From Eledone cirrhosa (Eukaryota), in contig OZ024740.1 of the NCBI GenBank assembly GCA_964016885.1, forward strand, positions 29,822,001-29,886,000: a DNA stretch of 64,000 nt. The letters are read 5' to 3'. Below are positions 17,911 to 35,900 of this stretch, one piece after another (the stretch's first letter is position 1; every line of letters begins with the position of its first letter). The notes under the pieces were generated by a model that saw only the letters and a program-made list of their open reading frames with translations, did no database searches and was not told where the DNA came from. The position numbers and the translations under genes are program-made.

Positions 17911-20900
17911 TCTCACCATACATCACCACATAAGTCACACCATACATTACCACATATAAGTCTCACCATACATTACCACATATAAGTCTCACCATACATC
18001 ACCAGAGTCTCACCATACGTTACCACATATAAGTCTCACCATACATCACCACAGTCTCACCATACATTACCACATATAAGTCTCATCATACATTACCACA
18101 GTCTCACCATACATTACCACATATAAGTCTCATCATACATTACCACAGTCTCACCATACATTACCACATATAAGTCTCACCATACATCATCACAGTCTCA
18201 CCATACATTACCACATATAAGTCTCACCATACATTACCACAGTCTCACCATACATTACCACATATAAGTCTCATCATACATTACCACAGTCTCACCATAC
18301 ATTACCACATATAAGTCTCATCATACATTACCACAGTGTCACCATACATTACCACATATAAGTCTCACCATACATCACCACTGTTTCACCATACATTACC
18401 ACATATAAGTCTCATCATACATCACCACAGTCTCTCCATACATTACTACATATAAGTTTCACCATACATTACCACATAGAAGTCTCACCATACATCAACA
18501 CAGTCTCACCATACATCACTACAGTCTAACCATACATCACCACATATAAGTCTCACCATGCATCACCACATAAGACTCACCATACATTACCACATATCAG
18601 TCTCACCATACATTACCACATATAAGTGTCACCATACATCACCACAGTCTCACCATACGTTACCACATATAAGTCTCACCATACATCACCACATAAGTCT
18701 CACCATACATTACCACACATAAGTCTCAGCATACATCACCACAGTCTCACCATACATCACCACAGTCTCACCATACATTACCACATATAAGTCTCACCAT
18801 ACATCACCTCAGTCTCACCATACATTACCACATATAATTCTCACCATGCATTACCACAGTCTCACCATACATTACCACATATAAGTCTCAACATACATCA
18901 CCACAGTCTCACCATACATTACCACATATAAGTCTCCACCATACATTACTACATATAAGTCTCACCATACATTACCACATATAAGTCTCACCATACATTA
19001 CCACAGTCTCACCATACATTACCACATATAAGTCTCACCAGACATCAGCACAGTCTCACCATACATTTCCAAATATAAGTGTCCACCATACATTACCACA
19101 TATAAGTCTCACCATACATTACCACATATAAGTCTCACCATACATTACCACAGTCTCACCATACATTACCACATATAAGTCTCACCATACATTACCACAT
19201 ATAAGTCTCACCATACATTACCACATATAAGTCTCACCATACATCACCACAGTCTCACCATACATCACCACATATAAGTCTCACCATACATCACCACATG
19301 TAAGTCTCACCATACATCACCACAGTCTCACCATACATTACCACATATAAGTCTCACCATACATTACCACATATAAGTCTCACCATACATTACCACATAT
19401 AAGTCTCACCATACATTACCACAGTCTCACCATACATTACCACATATAAGTCTCCACCATACATTACCACATATAAGTCTCACCATACATTACCACATAT
19501 AAGTCTTACCATACATCACCACAGTCTCACCATACATCACCACATATAAGTCTCACCATACATCACCACATGTAAGTCTCACCATACATCACCACAGTCT
19601 CACCATACATTACCACATATAAGTCTCACCATACATTACCACATATAAGTCTCACCATACATCCCACAGTCTCATCATACATTACCACATATAAGTCTCA
19701 CCATACATCACCACATAAGTCTCACCATACATTACCACACATAAGTCTCACCATACATCACCGCATATAAGTCTCAACATACATCACCAGAGTCTCACCA
19801 TACATCACCACATATAAGTCTCACCATACATCACCACATAAGTCTCACCATACATTACCACATATAAGTCTCACCATACATTACCACATATAAGTCTCAC
19901 CATACATCACCACAGTCTCACCATATATTACCACATATAAGTCTCACCATACATCACCACAGTCTCACCATACATTACCACATATAAGTCTCACCATACA
20001 TCACCACAGTCTCACCATACATTACCACATATAAGTCTCATCATACATTACCACAGTCTCACCATACATTACCACATATAAGTCTCACCATACTTTACCA
20101 CAGTCTCACCATACATTACCACATATAAGTCTCACCATACAACACCACATAAGTCTCAAAATACATTACCACTCATAAGTCTCACCATACATCATTACAG
20201 TCTCACCATACATTACCTCATATAAGTCTCATCATACATCACCACAGTCTCACCATACATTACCACATATAAGTCTCGCCATACATTACCACATATAAGT
20301 CTCATCATACATTACCACAGTCTCACCATACATTACCACATATAAGTCTCACCATACATTACCACAGTCTCACCATACATTACCACTTATAAGTCTCACC
20401 ATAAATTACCACATATAAGTCTCACCATACATTACCACAGTCTCACCATACATTACCTCATATAAGTCTCACCATACATCACCACAGTCTCACCATACAT
20501 TACCACATATAAGTCTCACCATACATTACCACATATAAGTCTCATCATACATTACCACAGTCTCACCATACATTACCACATATAAGTCTCACCATACATT
20601 ACCACAGTCTCACCATACATTACCACATATAAGTCTCACCATACATTACCACATATAAGTCTCACCATACATCACCACAGTCTCACCATACATTACCACA
20701 TATAAGTCTCATCATACATTACCACAGTCTCACCATACATTACCACATATAAGTCTCACCATACATCACCACAGTCTCACCATACATTACCACATAATAG
20801 TCTCATCATACATTACAACAGTCTCACCATACATTACCACATATAAGTCTCATCATACATTACCACAGTCTCACCATACATTACCACATATAAGTCTCAC

Positions 20901-23900
20901 CATACATTACCACAGTCTCACCATACATTACCACATATAAGTCTCACCATACATTACCACAGTTTCACCATACATTACCACATATAAGTCTCATCATACA
21001 TCACCACATAAGACTCACAATACATTACCACATATAAGTCTCACCATACATTACCACATATAAGTCTCACCATACATCACCACAGTCTCACCATACATTA
21101 CCACATATAAGTCTCACCATACATCACCACAGTCTCACCATACATTACCACATATAAGTCTCACCATACATCACCACAGTCTCACCATACATTACCACAT
21201 ATAAGTCTCACCATACATCACCACATAAATCTCAAAATACATTACCACTCATAAGTCTCACCATACATCACCACAGTCTCACCATACATTACCACATATA
21301 AGTCTCACCATATATTACCACATATAAGCCTCATCATACATTACCACAGTCTAGACATACATTACCACATATAAGTCTCACCATACATTACCACAGTCTC
21401 ACCATACATTACCACATATAAGTCTCACCATACATTACCACATATAAGTCTCACCATACATCACCACAGTCTCACCATACATTACCACATATAAGTCTCA
21501 TCATACATTACCACAGTCTCACCATACATTACCACATATAAGTCTCATCATACATTACCACAGTCTCACCATACATTACCACATATAAGTCTCACCATAC
21601 ATCACCACAGTTTCACCATACATTACCACATATAAGTCTCATCATACATTACCACAGTCTCACCATACATTACCACATATAAGTCTCACCATACATTACC
21701 ACATATAAGTCTCACCATACATCAACACAGTCTCACCATACATTACCACATATAAGTCTCACCATACATCACTACAGTCTCACCATACATCACCGCATAT
21801 AAGTCTCACCATACATCACCACAGTCTCACCATACATTACCACATATAAGTCTCCACCATACATTACCACATATAAGTCTCACCATACATTACCACAAAT
21901 AAGTCTCACCATACATCACCACAGTCTCACCATACATCACCACATATAAGTCTCACCATACATCACCACATATAAGTCTCACCATACATCACCACAGTCT
22001 CACCATACATTACCACATATAAGTCTCACCATACATTACCACATATAAGTCTCACCATACATCCCACAGTCTCATCATACATTACCACATATAAGTCTCA
22101 CCATACATCACCACATAAGTCTCACCATACATTACCACACATAAGTCTCACCATACATCACCGCATATAAGTCTCACCATACATCACCAGAGTCTCACCA
22201 TACATCACCACATATAAGTCTCGCCATACATCACCACAGTCTCACTATACATTACCACATATAAGTCTCACTATACATTACCACATATAAGTCTCACCAT
22301 ACATTACCACAGTCTCACCATACATTACCACATATAAGTCTCACCATACATCACCACAGTCTCACCATACATTACCACATATAAGTCGCACCATACATTA
22401 CCACATATAAGTCTCCACCATACATAACCACAGTCTCACCATACATTACCACATATAAGTCTCCACCATACATTACCAGAGTCTCACCATACATCACCAC
22501 ATATAAGTCTCACCATACATCACCACAGTCTCACTATACATTACCACATATAAGTCTCACCATACATTACCACATATAAGTCTCACCATACATCACTACA
22601 GTCTAACCATACATCACCACATATAAGTCTCACCATACATCACCACATAAGTCACACCATACATTACCACATATAAGTCTCACCATACATTACCACATAT
22701 AAGTCTCACCATACATCACCACAGTCTCACCATACGTTACCACATATAAGTCTCATCATACATTACCACAGTCTCACCATACATTACCACATATAAGTCT
22801 CACCATACATTACCACATATACGTCTCACCATACATCACCACAGTCTCACCATACATTACCACATATAAGTCTCATCATACATTACCACAGTCTCACCAT
22901 ACATTACCACATATAAGTCTCATCATACATCACCACAGTCTCACCATACATTACCACATATAAGTCTCACCATACATCAACACAGTCTCACCATACATTA
23001 CCACATATAAGTCTCACCATACATCACTACAGTCTAACCATACATCACCACATATAAGTCTCACCATACATCACCACATAAGACTCACCATACATTACCA
23101 CATATAAGTCTCACCATACATTACCACATATAAGTCTCACCATACATCACCACAGTCTCAACATACATAACCACACATAAGTCTCACCATACATCACCAC
23201 ATAAGTCTCACCATATATTACCACACATAAGTCTCACCATACATCACCACAGTCTCACCATTCATCACCACAGTCTCACCATACATTACCACATATAAGT
23301 CTCACCATACATCACCACATAAGTCTCACCATACATTACCACACATAAGTCTCACCATACATCACGACAGTCTCACCATACATCACCACAGTCTCACCAT
23401 ACATTACCACATATAAGTCTCACCATACATCACCACAGTCTCACCATACATTACCACATATAAGTCTCCACCATACATTACCACATATAAGTCTCACCAT
23501 ACATTACCACATATAAGTCTCACCATACATCACCACAGTCTCACCATACATCTCCACATATAAGTCTCACCATACATCACCACATATAAGTCTCACCATA
23601 CATCACCACAGTCTCAACATACATTACCACATATAAGTTTCACCATACATCACCACATATAAGTCTCACCATACATTACCACATATAAGTCTCACCATAC
23701 ATTACCACATAAGTCTCACCATACATTACCACATATAATTCTCACCATACATTACCACAGTCTCACCATACATTACCACATATAAGTCTCACCATACATT
23801 ACCACATATAAGTCTCACCATTCATCACCACAGTCTCACCATACATTACCACATATAAGTCTCATCATACATTACCACAGTCTCACCATACATTACCACA

Positions 23901-26900
23901 TATAAGTCTCATCATACATCACCACAGTCTCACCATACATTACCACATATAAGTCTCACCATACATCAACACAGTCTCACCATACATTACCACATATAAG
24001 TCTCACCATACATCACTACAGTCTAACCATACATCACCACATATAAGTCTCACCATACATCACCACATAAGACTCACCATACATTACCACATATAAGTCT
24101 CACCATACATTACCACATATAAGTCTCACCATACATCACCACAGTCTCACCATACGTTACCACATATAAGTCTCATCATACATTACCACAGTCTCACCAT
24201 ACATTACCACATATAAGTCTCACCATACATTACCACATATACGTCTCACCATACATCACCACAGTCTCACCATACATTACCACATATAAGTCTCATCATA
24301 CATCACCACAGTCTCACCATACATTACCACATATAAGTCTCACCATACATCAACACAGTCTCACCATACATTACCACATATAAGTCTCACCATACATCAT
24401 TACAGTCTAACCATACATCACCACATATAAGTCTCACCATACATCACCACATAAGACTCACCATACATTACCACATATAAGTCTCACCATACATTACCAC
24501 ATATAAGTCTCACCATACATAACCACACATAAGTCTCACCATACATCACCACATAAGTCTCACCATATATTACCACACATAAGTCTCACCATACATCACC
24601 ACAGTCTCACCATTCATCACCACAGTCTCACCATACATTACCACATATAAGTCTCACCATACATCACCACATAAGTCTCACCATACATTACCACACATAA
24701 GTCTCACCATACATCACGACAGTCTCACCATACATCACCACAGTCTCACCATACATTACCACATATAAGTCTCACCATACATCACCACAGTCTCACCATA
24801 CATTACCACATATAAGTCTCCACCATACATTACCACATATAAGTCTCACCATACATTACCACATATGAGTCTCACCATACATCACCACAGTCTCACCATA
24901 CATCTCCACATATAAGTCTCACCATACATCACCACATATAAGTCTCACCATACATCACCACAGTCTCAACATACATTACCACATATAAGTCTCACCATAC
25001 ATCACCACATATAAGTCTCACCATACATTACCACATATAAGTCTCACCATACATTACCACATAAGTCTCACCATACATTACCACATATAATTCTCACCAT
25101 ACATTACCACAGTCTCACCATACATTACCACATATAAGTCTCACCATACATTACCACATATAAGTCTCACCATTCATCACCACAGTCTCACCATACATTA
25201 CCACATATAAGTCTCACCATACATTACCACAGTCTCACCATACATTACCACATATAAGTCTCACCATACATCACCACAGTCTCACCATACATTACCACAT
25301 ATAAGTCTCACCATACATTACCACATATAAGTCTCCACCATACATAACCACAGTCTCACCATACATTACCACATATAAGTCTCCACTATACATCAGCACA
25401 GTCTCACCATACATTACCACATATAAGTCTCACCATACATCACCACATAAGTCACACCATACATTACCACATATAAATCTCACCATACATTACCACATAT
25501 AAGTCTCACCATACATCACCACAGTCTCACCATACGTTACCACATATAAGTCTCACCATACATCATCACAGTCTCACCATACATTACCACATATAAGTCT
25601 CATCATACATTACCACAGTCTCACCATACATTACCACATATAAGTCTCACCATACATCACCACAGTCTCACCATACATTACCACATATAAGTCTCATCAT
25701 ACATTACCACAGTCTCACCATACATTACCACATATAAGTCTCATCATACATTACCACAGTGTCACCATACATTACCACATATAAGTCTCACCATACATCA
25801 CCACAGTTTCACCATACATTACCACATATAAGTCTCATCATACATCACCACAGTCTCTCCATACATTACCACATATAAGTCTCACCATACATTACCACAT
25901 ATAAGTCTCACCATACATCAACACAGTCTCACCATACATCACTACAGTCTAACCATACATCACCACATATAAGTCTCACCATGCATCACCACATAAGACT
26001 CACCATACATTACCACATATCAGTCTCACCATACATTACCACATATAAGTGTCACCATACATCACCACAGTCTCACCATACATTACCACATATAAGTCTC
26101 ACCATACATCACCACATAAGTCTCACCATACATTACCACACATAAGTCTCACCATACATCACCACAGTCTCACCATACATCACCACAGTCTCACCATACA
26201 TTACCACATATAAGTCTCACCATACATCACCTCAGTCTCACCATACATTACCACATATAATTCTCACCATGCATTACCACAGTCTCACCATACATTACCA
26301 CATATAAGTCTCAACATACATCACCACAGTCTCACCATACATTACCACATATAAGTCTCCACCATACATTACTACATATAAGTCTCACCATACATCACCA
26401 CAGTCTCACCATACATCACCACAGTCTCACCATACATTACCACATATAAGTCTCACCATACATCACCTCAGTCTCACCATACATTACCACATATAAGTCT
26501 CACCATACATTACCACAGTCTCACCATACATTACCACATATAAGTCTCACCATACATCAGCACAGACTCACCATACATTTCCACATATAAGTCTCCACCA
26601 TACATTACCACGTATAAGTCTCACCATACATTACCACATATAAGTCTCACCATACATTACCACAGTCTCACCATACATTACCACATATAAGTCTCACCAT
26701 ACAGCAGCACAGTCTCACCATACATTACCACATATAAGTCTCCACCATACATTACCACATATAAGTCTCACCATACATTACCACATATAAGTCTCACCAT
26801 ACATCACCACAGTCTCACCATACATCACCACATATAAGTCTCACCATACATCACCACATGTAAGTCTCACCATACATCACCACAGTCTCACCATACATTA

Positions 26901-29900
26901 CCACATATAAGTCTCACCATACATTACCACATATAAGTCTCACCATACATCCCACAGTCTCATCATACATTACCACATATAAGTCTCACCATACATCACC
27001 ACATAAGTCTCACCATACATTACCACACATAAGTCTCACCATACATCACCGCATATAAGTCTCACCATACATCACCAGAGTCTCACCATACATCACCACA
27101 TATAAGTCTCACCATACATCACCACATAAGTCTCACCATACATTACCACATATAAGTCTCACCATACATTACCACATATAAGTCTCACCATACATCACCA
27201 CAGTCTCACCATATATTACCACATATAAGTCTCACCATACATCACCACAGTCTCACCATACATTACCACATATAAGTCTCACCATACATCACCACAGTCT
27301 CACCATACATTACCACATATAAGTCTCATCATACATTACCACAGTCTCACCATACATTACCACATATAAGTCTCACCATACTTTACCACAGTCTCACCAT
27401 ACATTACCACATATAAGTCTCACCATACATCACCACATAAGTCTCAAAATACATTACCACTCATAAGTCTCACCATACATCATTACAGTCTCACCATACA
27501 TTACCTCATATAAGTCTCATCATACATCACCACAGTCTCACCATACATTACCACATATAAGTCTCACCATACATTACCACATATAAGTCTCATCATACAT
27601 TACCACAGTCTCACCATACATTACCACATATAAGTCTCACCATACATTACCACAGTCTCACCATACATTACCACTTATAAGTCTCACCATAAATTACCAC
27701 ATATAAGTCTCACCATACATTACCACAGTCTCACCATACATTACCTCATATAAGTCTCACCATACATCACCACAGTCTCACCATACATTACCACATATAA
27801 GTCTCACCATACATTACCACATATAAGTCTCATCATACATTACCACAGTCTCACCATACATTACCACATATAAGTCTCACCATACATTACCACAGTCTCA
27901 CCATACATTACCACATATAATCTCACCATACATTACCACATATAAGTCTCACCATACATCACCACAGTCTCACCATACATTACCACATATAAGTCTCACC
28001 ATACATCACCACAGTCTCACCATACATTACCACATAATAGTCTCATCATACATTACCACAGTCTCACCATACATTACCACATATAAGTCTCATCATACAT
28101 TACCACAGTCTCACCATACATTACCACATATAAGTCTCACCATACATCACCACAGTTTCACCATACATTACCACATATAAGTCTCATCATACATCACCAC
28201 ATAAGACTCACCATACATTACCACATATAAGTCTCACCATACATTACCACATATAAGTCTCACCATACATCACCACAGTCTCACCATACATTACCACATA
28301 TAAGTCTCACCATACATCACCACAGTCTCACCATATATCACCACATATAAGTCTCACCATACATCACCACATTATCACCATACATTACCACATATAATTC
28401 TCACCATACATTACCACAGTCTCACCATACATTACCACATATAAGTCTCACCATAACATCACCTCAGTCTCACCATACATTACCACATATAAGTCTCACC
28501 ATACATTACCACAGTCTCACCATACATTACCACATATAAGTCTCACCATACATCACCACAGTCTCACCATACATTACCACATATAAGTCTCCACCATACA
28601 TTACCACATATAAGTCTCACCATACATTACCACATATAAGTCTCACCATACATCTCCACATATAAGTCTCACCATACATCACCACATATAAGTCTCACCA
28701 TACATCACCACAGTCTCACCATACATTACCAGATATAAGTCTCACCATACATCACCACAGTCTCACCATACATTACCACAGTCTCGCCATACATTACCAC
28801 AGTCTCACCATACATTACCACATATAAGTCTCACCATACATTACCACATATAAGTCTCACCATACATCACCACAGTCTCACCATACATTACCACATATAA
28901 GTCTCACCATACCTCACCACAGTCTCACCATACATCACCACAGTCTCACTATACATTACCACATATAAGTCTCACCATACATTACTACATATAAGTCTCA
29001 CCATACATTACCACAGTCTCACCATACATTACCACATATAAGTCTCACCATACATCACCACAGTCTCACCATACATTACCACATATAAGTCGCACCTTAC
29101 ATTACCACATATAAGTCTCCACCATACATAACCACAGTCTCACCATACATTACCACATATAAGTCTCCAGCATACATTACCACAGTCTCACCATACATTA
29201 CCACATATAAGTCTCACCATACATTACCACAGTCTCACCATACATTACCACATATAAGGCTCACCATACATCACTACAGTCTAACCATACATCACCACAT
29301 ATAAGTTTCACCATACATCACCACATAAGTCACACCAAAGATTACCACATATAAGTCTCACCATACATTACCACATATAAGTCTCACCATACATCACTAC
29401 AGTCTCACCATACGTTACCACATATAAGTCTCATCATACATTACCACAGTCTCACCATACATTACCACATATAAGTCTCACCATACATTACCACATATAC
29501 GTCTCACCATACATCACCACAGTCTCACCATATATTACCACATATAAGTCTCATCATACATTACCACAGTCTCACCATACATTACCACATATAAGTCTCA
29601 TCATACATCACCACAGTCTCACCATACATTACCACATATAAGTCTCACCATACATTACCACATATAAGAATCACCATACATCAACACAGTCTCACCATAC
29701 ATTACCACATATAAGTCTCACCATACATCACTACAGTCTAACCATACATCACCACATATAAGTCTCACCATACATCACCACATAAGACTCACCATACATT
29801 ACCACATATAAGTCTCACCATACATTACCACATATAAGTCTCACCATACATCACCACAGTCTCACCATACATAACCACATATAAGTCTCACCATACATCA

Positions 29901-32900
29901 CCACATAAGTCTCACCATATATTACCACACATAAGTCTCACCATACATCACCACAGTCTCACCATACATGACCACAGTCTCACCATACATCACCACAGTT
30001 TCACCATACATTACCATATATAAGTCTCACCATACATTACCACAGTCTCACCATATATTACCACATATAAGTCTCACCATACATCACCTCAGTCTCACCA
30101 TACATCACCTCAGTCTCACCATACATTACCATATATAAGTCTCACCATACATTACCACAGTCTCACCATCCATTACCACATATAAGTCTCGCCATACATC
30201 ACCACAGTCTCACCATACATTACCACATATAAGTCTCCACCATACATTACCACATATAAGTCTCACCATACATTACCACATATAAGTCTCACCATACATC
30301 ACCACAGTCTCACCATACATCACCACATATAAGTCTCACCATACATCACCACATATAAGTCTCACCATACATCACCACAGTCTCACCATACATTACCACA
30401 TATAAGTCTCAGCATACATCACCACAGTCTCACCATACATTACCACATATAAGTCTCACCATACATCACCACATAAGTCTCACCATACATTACCACATAT
30501 AAGTCTCAGCATACATTACCACATATAAGTCTCAGCATACATCACCACAGTCTCAACATATATTACCACATATAAGTCTCAGCATACATCACCACAGTCT
30601 CACCATACATTACCACATATAAGTCTCACCATACATCACCACAGTCTCACCATACATCACCACAGTCTCACCATACATTACCACATATAAGTCTCATTAT
30701 ACATTACCACAGTCTGACCATACATTACCACATATAAGTCTCACCATACATTACCACAGTCTCACCATACATTACCACATATAAGTCTCACCATACATCA
30801 CCACAGTCTCACCATACATTACCACATATAAGTCTCACCATACATCACCACATAAATCTCAAAATACATTACCACTCATAAGTCTCACCATACATCACCA
30901 CAGTCTCACCATACATTACCACATATAAGTCTCACCATATATTACCACATATAAGCCTCATCATACATTACCACAGTCTAGACATACATTACCACATATA
31001 AGTCTCACCATACATTACCACAGTCTCACCATACATTACCACATATAAGTCTCACCATACATTACCACATATAAGTCTCACCATACATCACCACAGTCTC
31101 ACCATACATTACCACATATAAGTCTCATCATACATTACCACAGTCTCACCATACATTACCACATATAAGTCTCATCATACATTACCACAGTCTCACCATA
31201 CATTACCACATATAAGTCTCACCATACATCACCACAGTTTCACCATACATTACCACATATAAGTCTCATCATACATTACCACAGTCTCACCATACATTAC
31301 CAAATATAAGTCTCACCATACATTACCACATATAAGTCTCACCATACATCACCACAGTTTCACCATACATTACCACATATAAGTCTCATCATACATCACC
31401 ACATAAGACTCACCATACATTACCACATATAAGTCTCACCATACATTACCACATATAAGTCTCACCATACATCACCACAGTCTCACCATACATTACCACA
31501 TATAAGTCTCACCATACATCACCACATAAGTCTCACCATACATTACCACACATAAGTCTCACCATACATCACCACAGTCTCACCATACATCACCAGTCTC
31601 ACCATACATCACCACAGTCTCACCATACATTACCACATATAAGTCTCACCATACATCACCACAGTCTCACCATATATCACCACATATAAGTCTCACCATA
31701 CATCACCACATTATCACCATACATTACCACATATAATTCTCACCATACATTACCACAGTCTCACCATACATTACCACATATAAGTCTCACCATAACATCA
31801 CCTCAGTCTCACCATACATTACCACATATAAGTCTCACCATACATTACCACAGTCTCACCATACATTACCACATATAAGTCTCACCATACATCACCACAG
31901 TCTCACCATACATTACCACATATAAGTCTCCACCATACATTACCACATATAAGTCTCACCATACATTACCACATATAAGTCTCACCATACATCTCCACAT
32001 ATAAGTCTCACCATACATCACCACATATAAGTCTCACCATACATCACCATAGTCTCACCATACATTACCAGATATAAGTCTCACCATACATCACCACAGT
32101 CTCACAATACATTACCACATATAAGTCTCACCATACATTACCACATAAGTCTCACCATACATTACCACAGTCTCGCCATACATTACCACAGTCTCACCAT
32201 ACATTGCCACATATAAGTCTCACCATACATTACCACATATAAGTCTCACCATACATCACCACAGTCTCACCATACATTACCACATATAAGTCTCACCATA
32301 CCTCACCACAGTCTCACCATACATCACCACAGTCTCACTATACATTACAACATATAAGTCTCAAAATACATTACTACATATAAGTCTCACCATACATTAC
32401 CACAGTCTCACCATACATTACCACATATAAGTCTCACCATACATCACCACAGTCTCACCATACATTACTACATATAAGTCTCACCATACATTACCACAGT
32501 CTCACCATACATTACCACATATAAGTCTCACCATACCTCACCACAGTCTCACCATACATCACCACAGTCTCACTATACATTACAACATATAAGTCTCAAA
32601 ATACATTACTACATATAAGTCTCACCATACATTACCACAGTCTCACCATACATTACCACATATAAGTCTCACCATACATCACCACAGTCTCACCATACAT
32701 TACCACATATAAGTCTCACCATACATTACCACAGTCTCACCATACATTACCACATATAAGGCTCACCATACATCACTACAGTCTAACCATACATCACCAC
32801 ATATAAGTTTCACCATACATCACCACATAAGTCACACCATAGATTACCACATATAAGTCTCACCATACATTACCACATATAAGTCTCACCATACATCACT

Positions 32901-35900
32901 ACAATCTCACCATACGTTACCACATATAAGTCTCATCATACATTACCACAGTCTCACCATACATTACCACATATAAGTCTCACCATACATTACCACATAT
33001 ACGTCTCACCATACATCACCACAGTCTCACCATACATTACCACATATAAGTCTCATCATACATTACCACAGTCTCACCATACATTACCACATATAAGTCT
33101 CATCATACATCACCACAGTCTCACCATACATTACCACATATAAGTCTCACCATACATTACCACATATAAGAATCACCATACATCAACACAGTCTCACCAT
33201 ACATTACCACATATAAGTCTCACCATACATCACTACAGTCTAACCATACATCACCACATATAAGTCTCACCATACATCACCACATAAGACTCACCATACA
33301 TTACCACATATAAGTCTCACCATACATTACCACATATAAGTCTCACCATACATCACCACAGTCTCACCATACATAACCACATATAAGTCTCACCATACAT
33401 CACCACATAAGTCTCACCATATATTACCACACATAAGTCTCACCATACATCACCACAGTCTCACCATACATGACCACAGTCTCACCATACATCACCACAG
33501 TTTCACCATACATTACCACATATAAGTCTCACCATACATCACCTCAGTCTCACCATACATCACCTCAGTCTCACCATACATTACCATATATAAGTCTCAT
33601 CATACATCACCACAGTCTCACCATACATTACCACATATAAGTCTCCACCATACATTACCACATATAAGTCTCACCATACATTACCACATATAAGTCTCAC
33701 CATACATCACCACAGTCTCACCATACATCACCACATATAAGTCTCACCATACATCACCACATATAAGTCTCACCATACATCACCACAGTCTCACCATACA
33801 TTACCACATATAAGTCTCAGCATACATCACCACAGTCTCACCATACATTACCACATATAAGTCTCACCATACATCACCACATAAGTCTCACCATACATTA
33901 CCACATATAAGTCTCACCATACATTACCACATATAAGTCTCACCATACATCACCACAGTCTCAACATATATTACCACATATAAGTCTCACCATACATCAC
34001 CACAGTCTCACCATACATTACCACATATAAGTCTCACCATACATCACCACAGTCTCACCATACATCACCACAGTCTCACCATACATTACCACATATAAGT
34101 CTCATCATACATTACCACAGTCTGACCATACATTACCACATATAAGTCTCACCATACATTACCACAGTCTCTCCATACATTACCACTTATAAGTCTCACC
34201 ATACATCACCACAGTCTCACCATACATTACCACATATAAGTCTCACCATACATCACCACATAAATCTCAAAATACATTACCACTCATAAGTCTCACCATA
34301 CATCACCACAGTCTCACCATACATTACCACATATAAGTCTAACCATATATTACCACATATAAGCCTCATCATACATTACCACAGTCTAGACATACATTAC
34401 CACATATAAGTCTCACCATACATTACCACAGTCTCACCATACATTACCACATATAAGTCTCACCATACATCACCACAGTCTCACCATACATTACCACATA
34501 TAAGTCTCATCATACATTACCACAGTCTCACCATACATTACCACATATAAGTCTCATCATACATTACCACAGTCTCACCATACATTACCACATATAAGTC
34601 TCACCATACATCACCACAGTTTCACCATACATTACCACATATAAGTCTCATCATACATTACCACAGTCTCACCATACATTACCACATATAAGTCTCACCA
34701 TACATTACCACATATAAGTCTCACCATACATCAACACAGTCTCACCATACATTACCACATATAAGTCTCACCATACATCACTACAGTCTCACCATACATC
34801 ACCACATATAAGTCTCACCATACATCACCACAGTCTCACCATACATTACCACATATAAGTCTCCACCATACATTACCACATATAAGTCTCACCATACATT
34901 ACCACAAATAAGTCTAACCATACATCACCACAGTCTCACCATACATCACCACATATAAGTCTCACCATACATCACCACATATAAGTCTCACCATACATCA
35001 CCACAGTCTCACCATACATTACCACATATAAGTCTCACCATACATTACCACATATAAGTCTCACCATACATCCCACAGTCTCATCATACATTACCACATA
35101 TAAGTCTCACCATACATCACCACATAAGTCTCACCATACATTACCACACATAAGTCTCACCATACATCACCGCATATAAGTCTCACCATACATCACCAGA
35201 GTCTCACCATACATCACCACATATAAGTCTCACCATACATCACCACAGTCTCACTATACATTACCACATATAAGTCTCACCATACATTACCACAGTCTCA
35301 CCATACATTACCACATATAAGTCTCACCATACATCACCACAGTCTCACCATACATTACCACATATAAGTCGCACCATACATTACCACATATAAGTCTCCA
35401 CCATACATTACCAGAGTCTCACCATACATCACCACAGTCTCACTATACATTACCACATATAAGTCTCACCATACATTACCACATATAAGTTTCACCATAC
35501 ATCACTACAGTCTAACCATACATCACCACATATAAGTCTCACCATACATCACCACATAAGTCACACCATACATTACCACATATAAGTCTCACCATACATT
35601 ACCACATATAAGTCTCACCATACATCACCACAGTCTCACCATACGTTACCACATATAAGTCTCATCATACATTACCACAGTCTCACCATACATTACCACA
35701 TATAAGTCTCACCATACATTACCACATATACGTCTCACCATACATCACCACAGTCTCACCATACATTACCACATATAAGTCTCATCATACATTACCACAG
35801 TCTCACCATACATTACCACATATAAGTCTCATCATACATCACCACAGTCTGACCATACATTACCACATATAAGTCTCACCATACATCAACACAGTCTCAC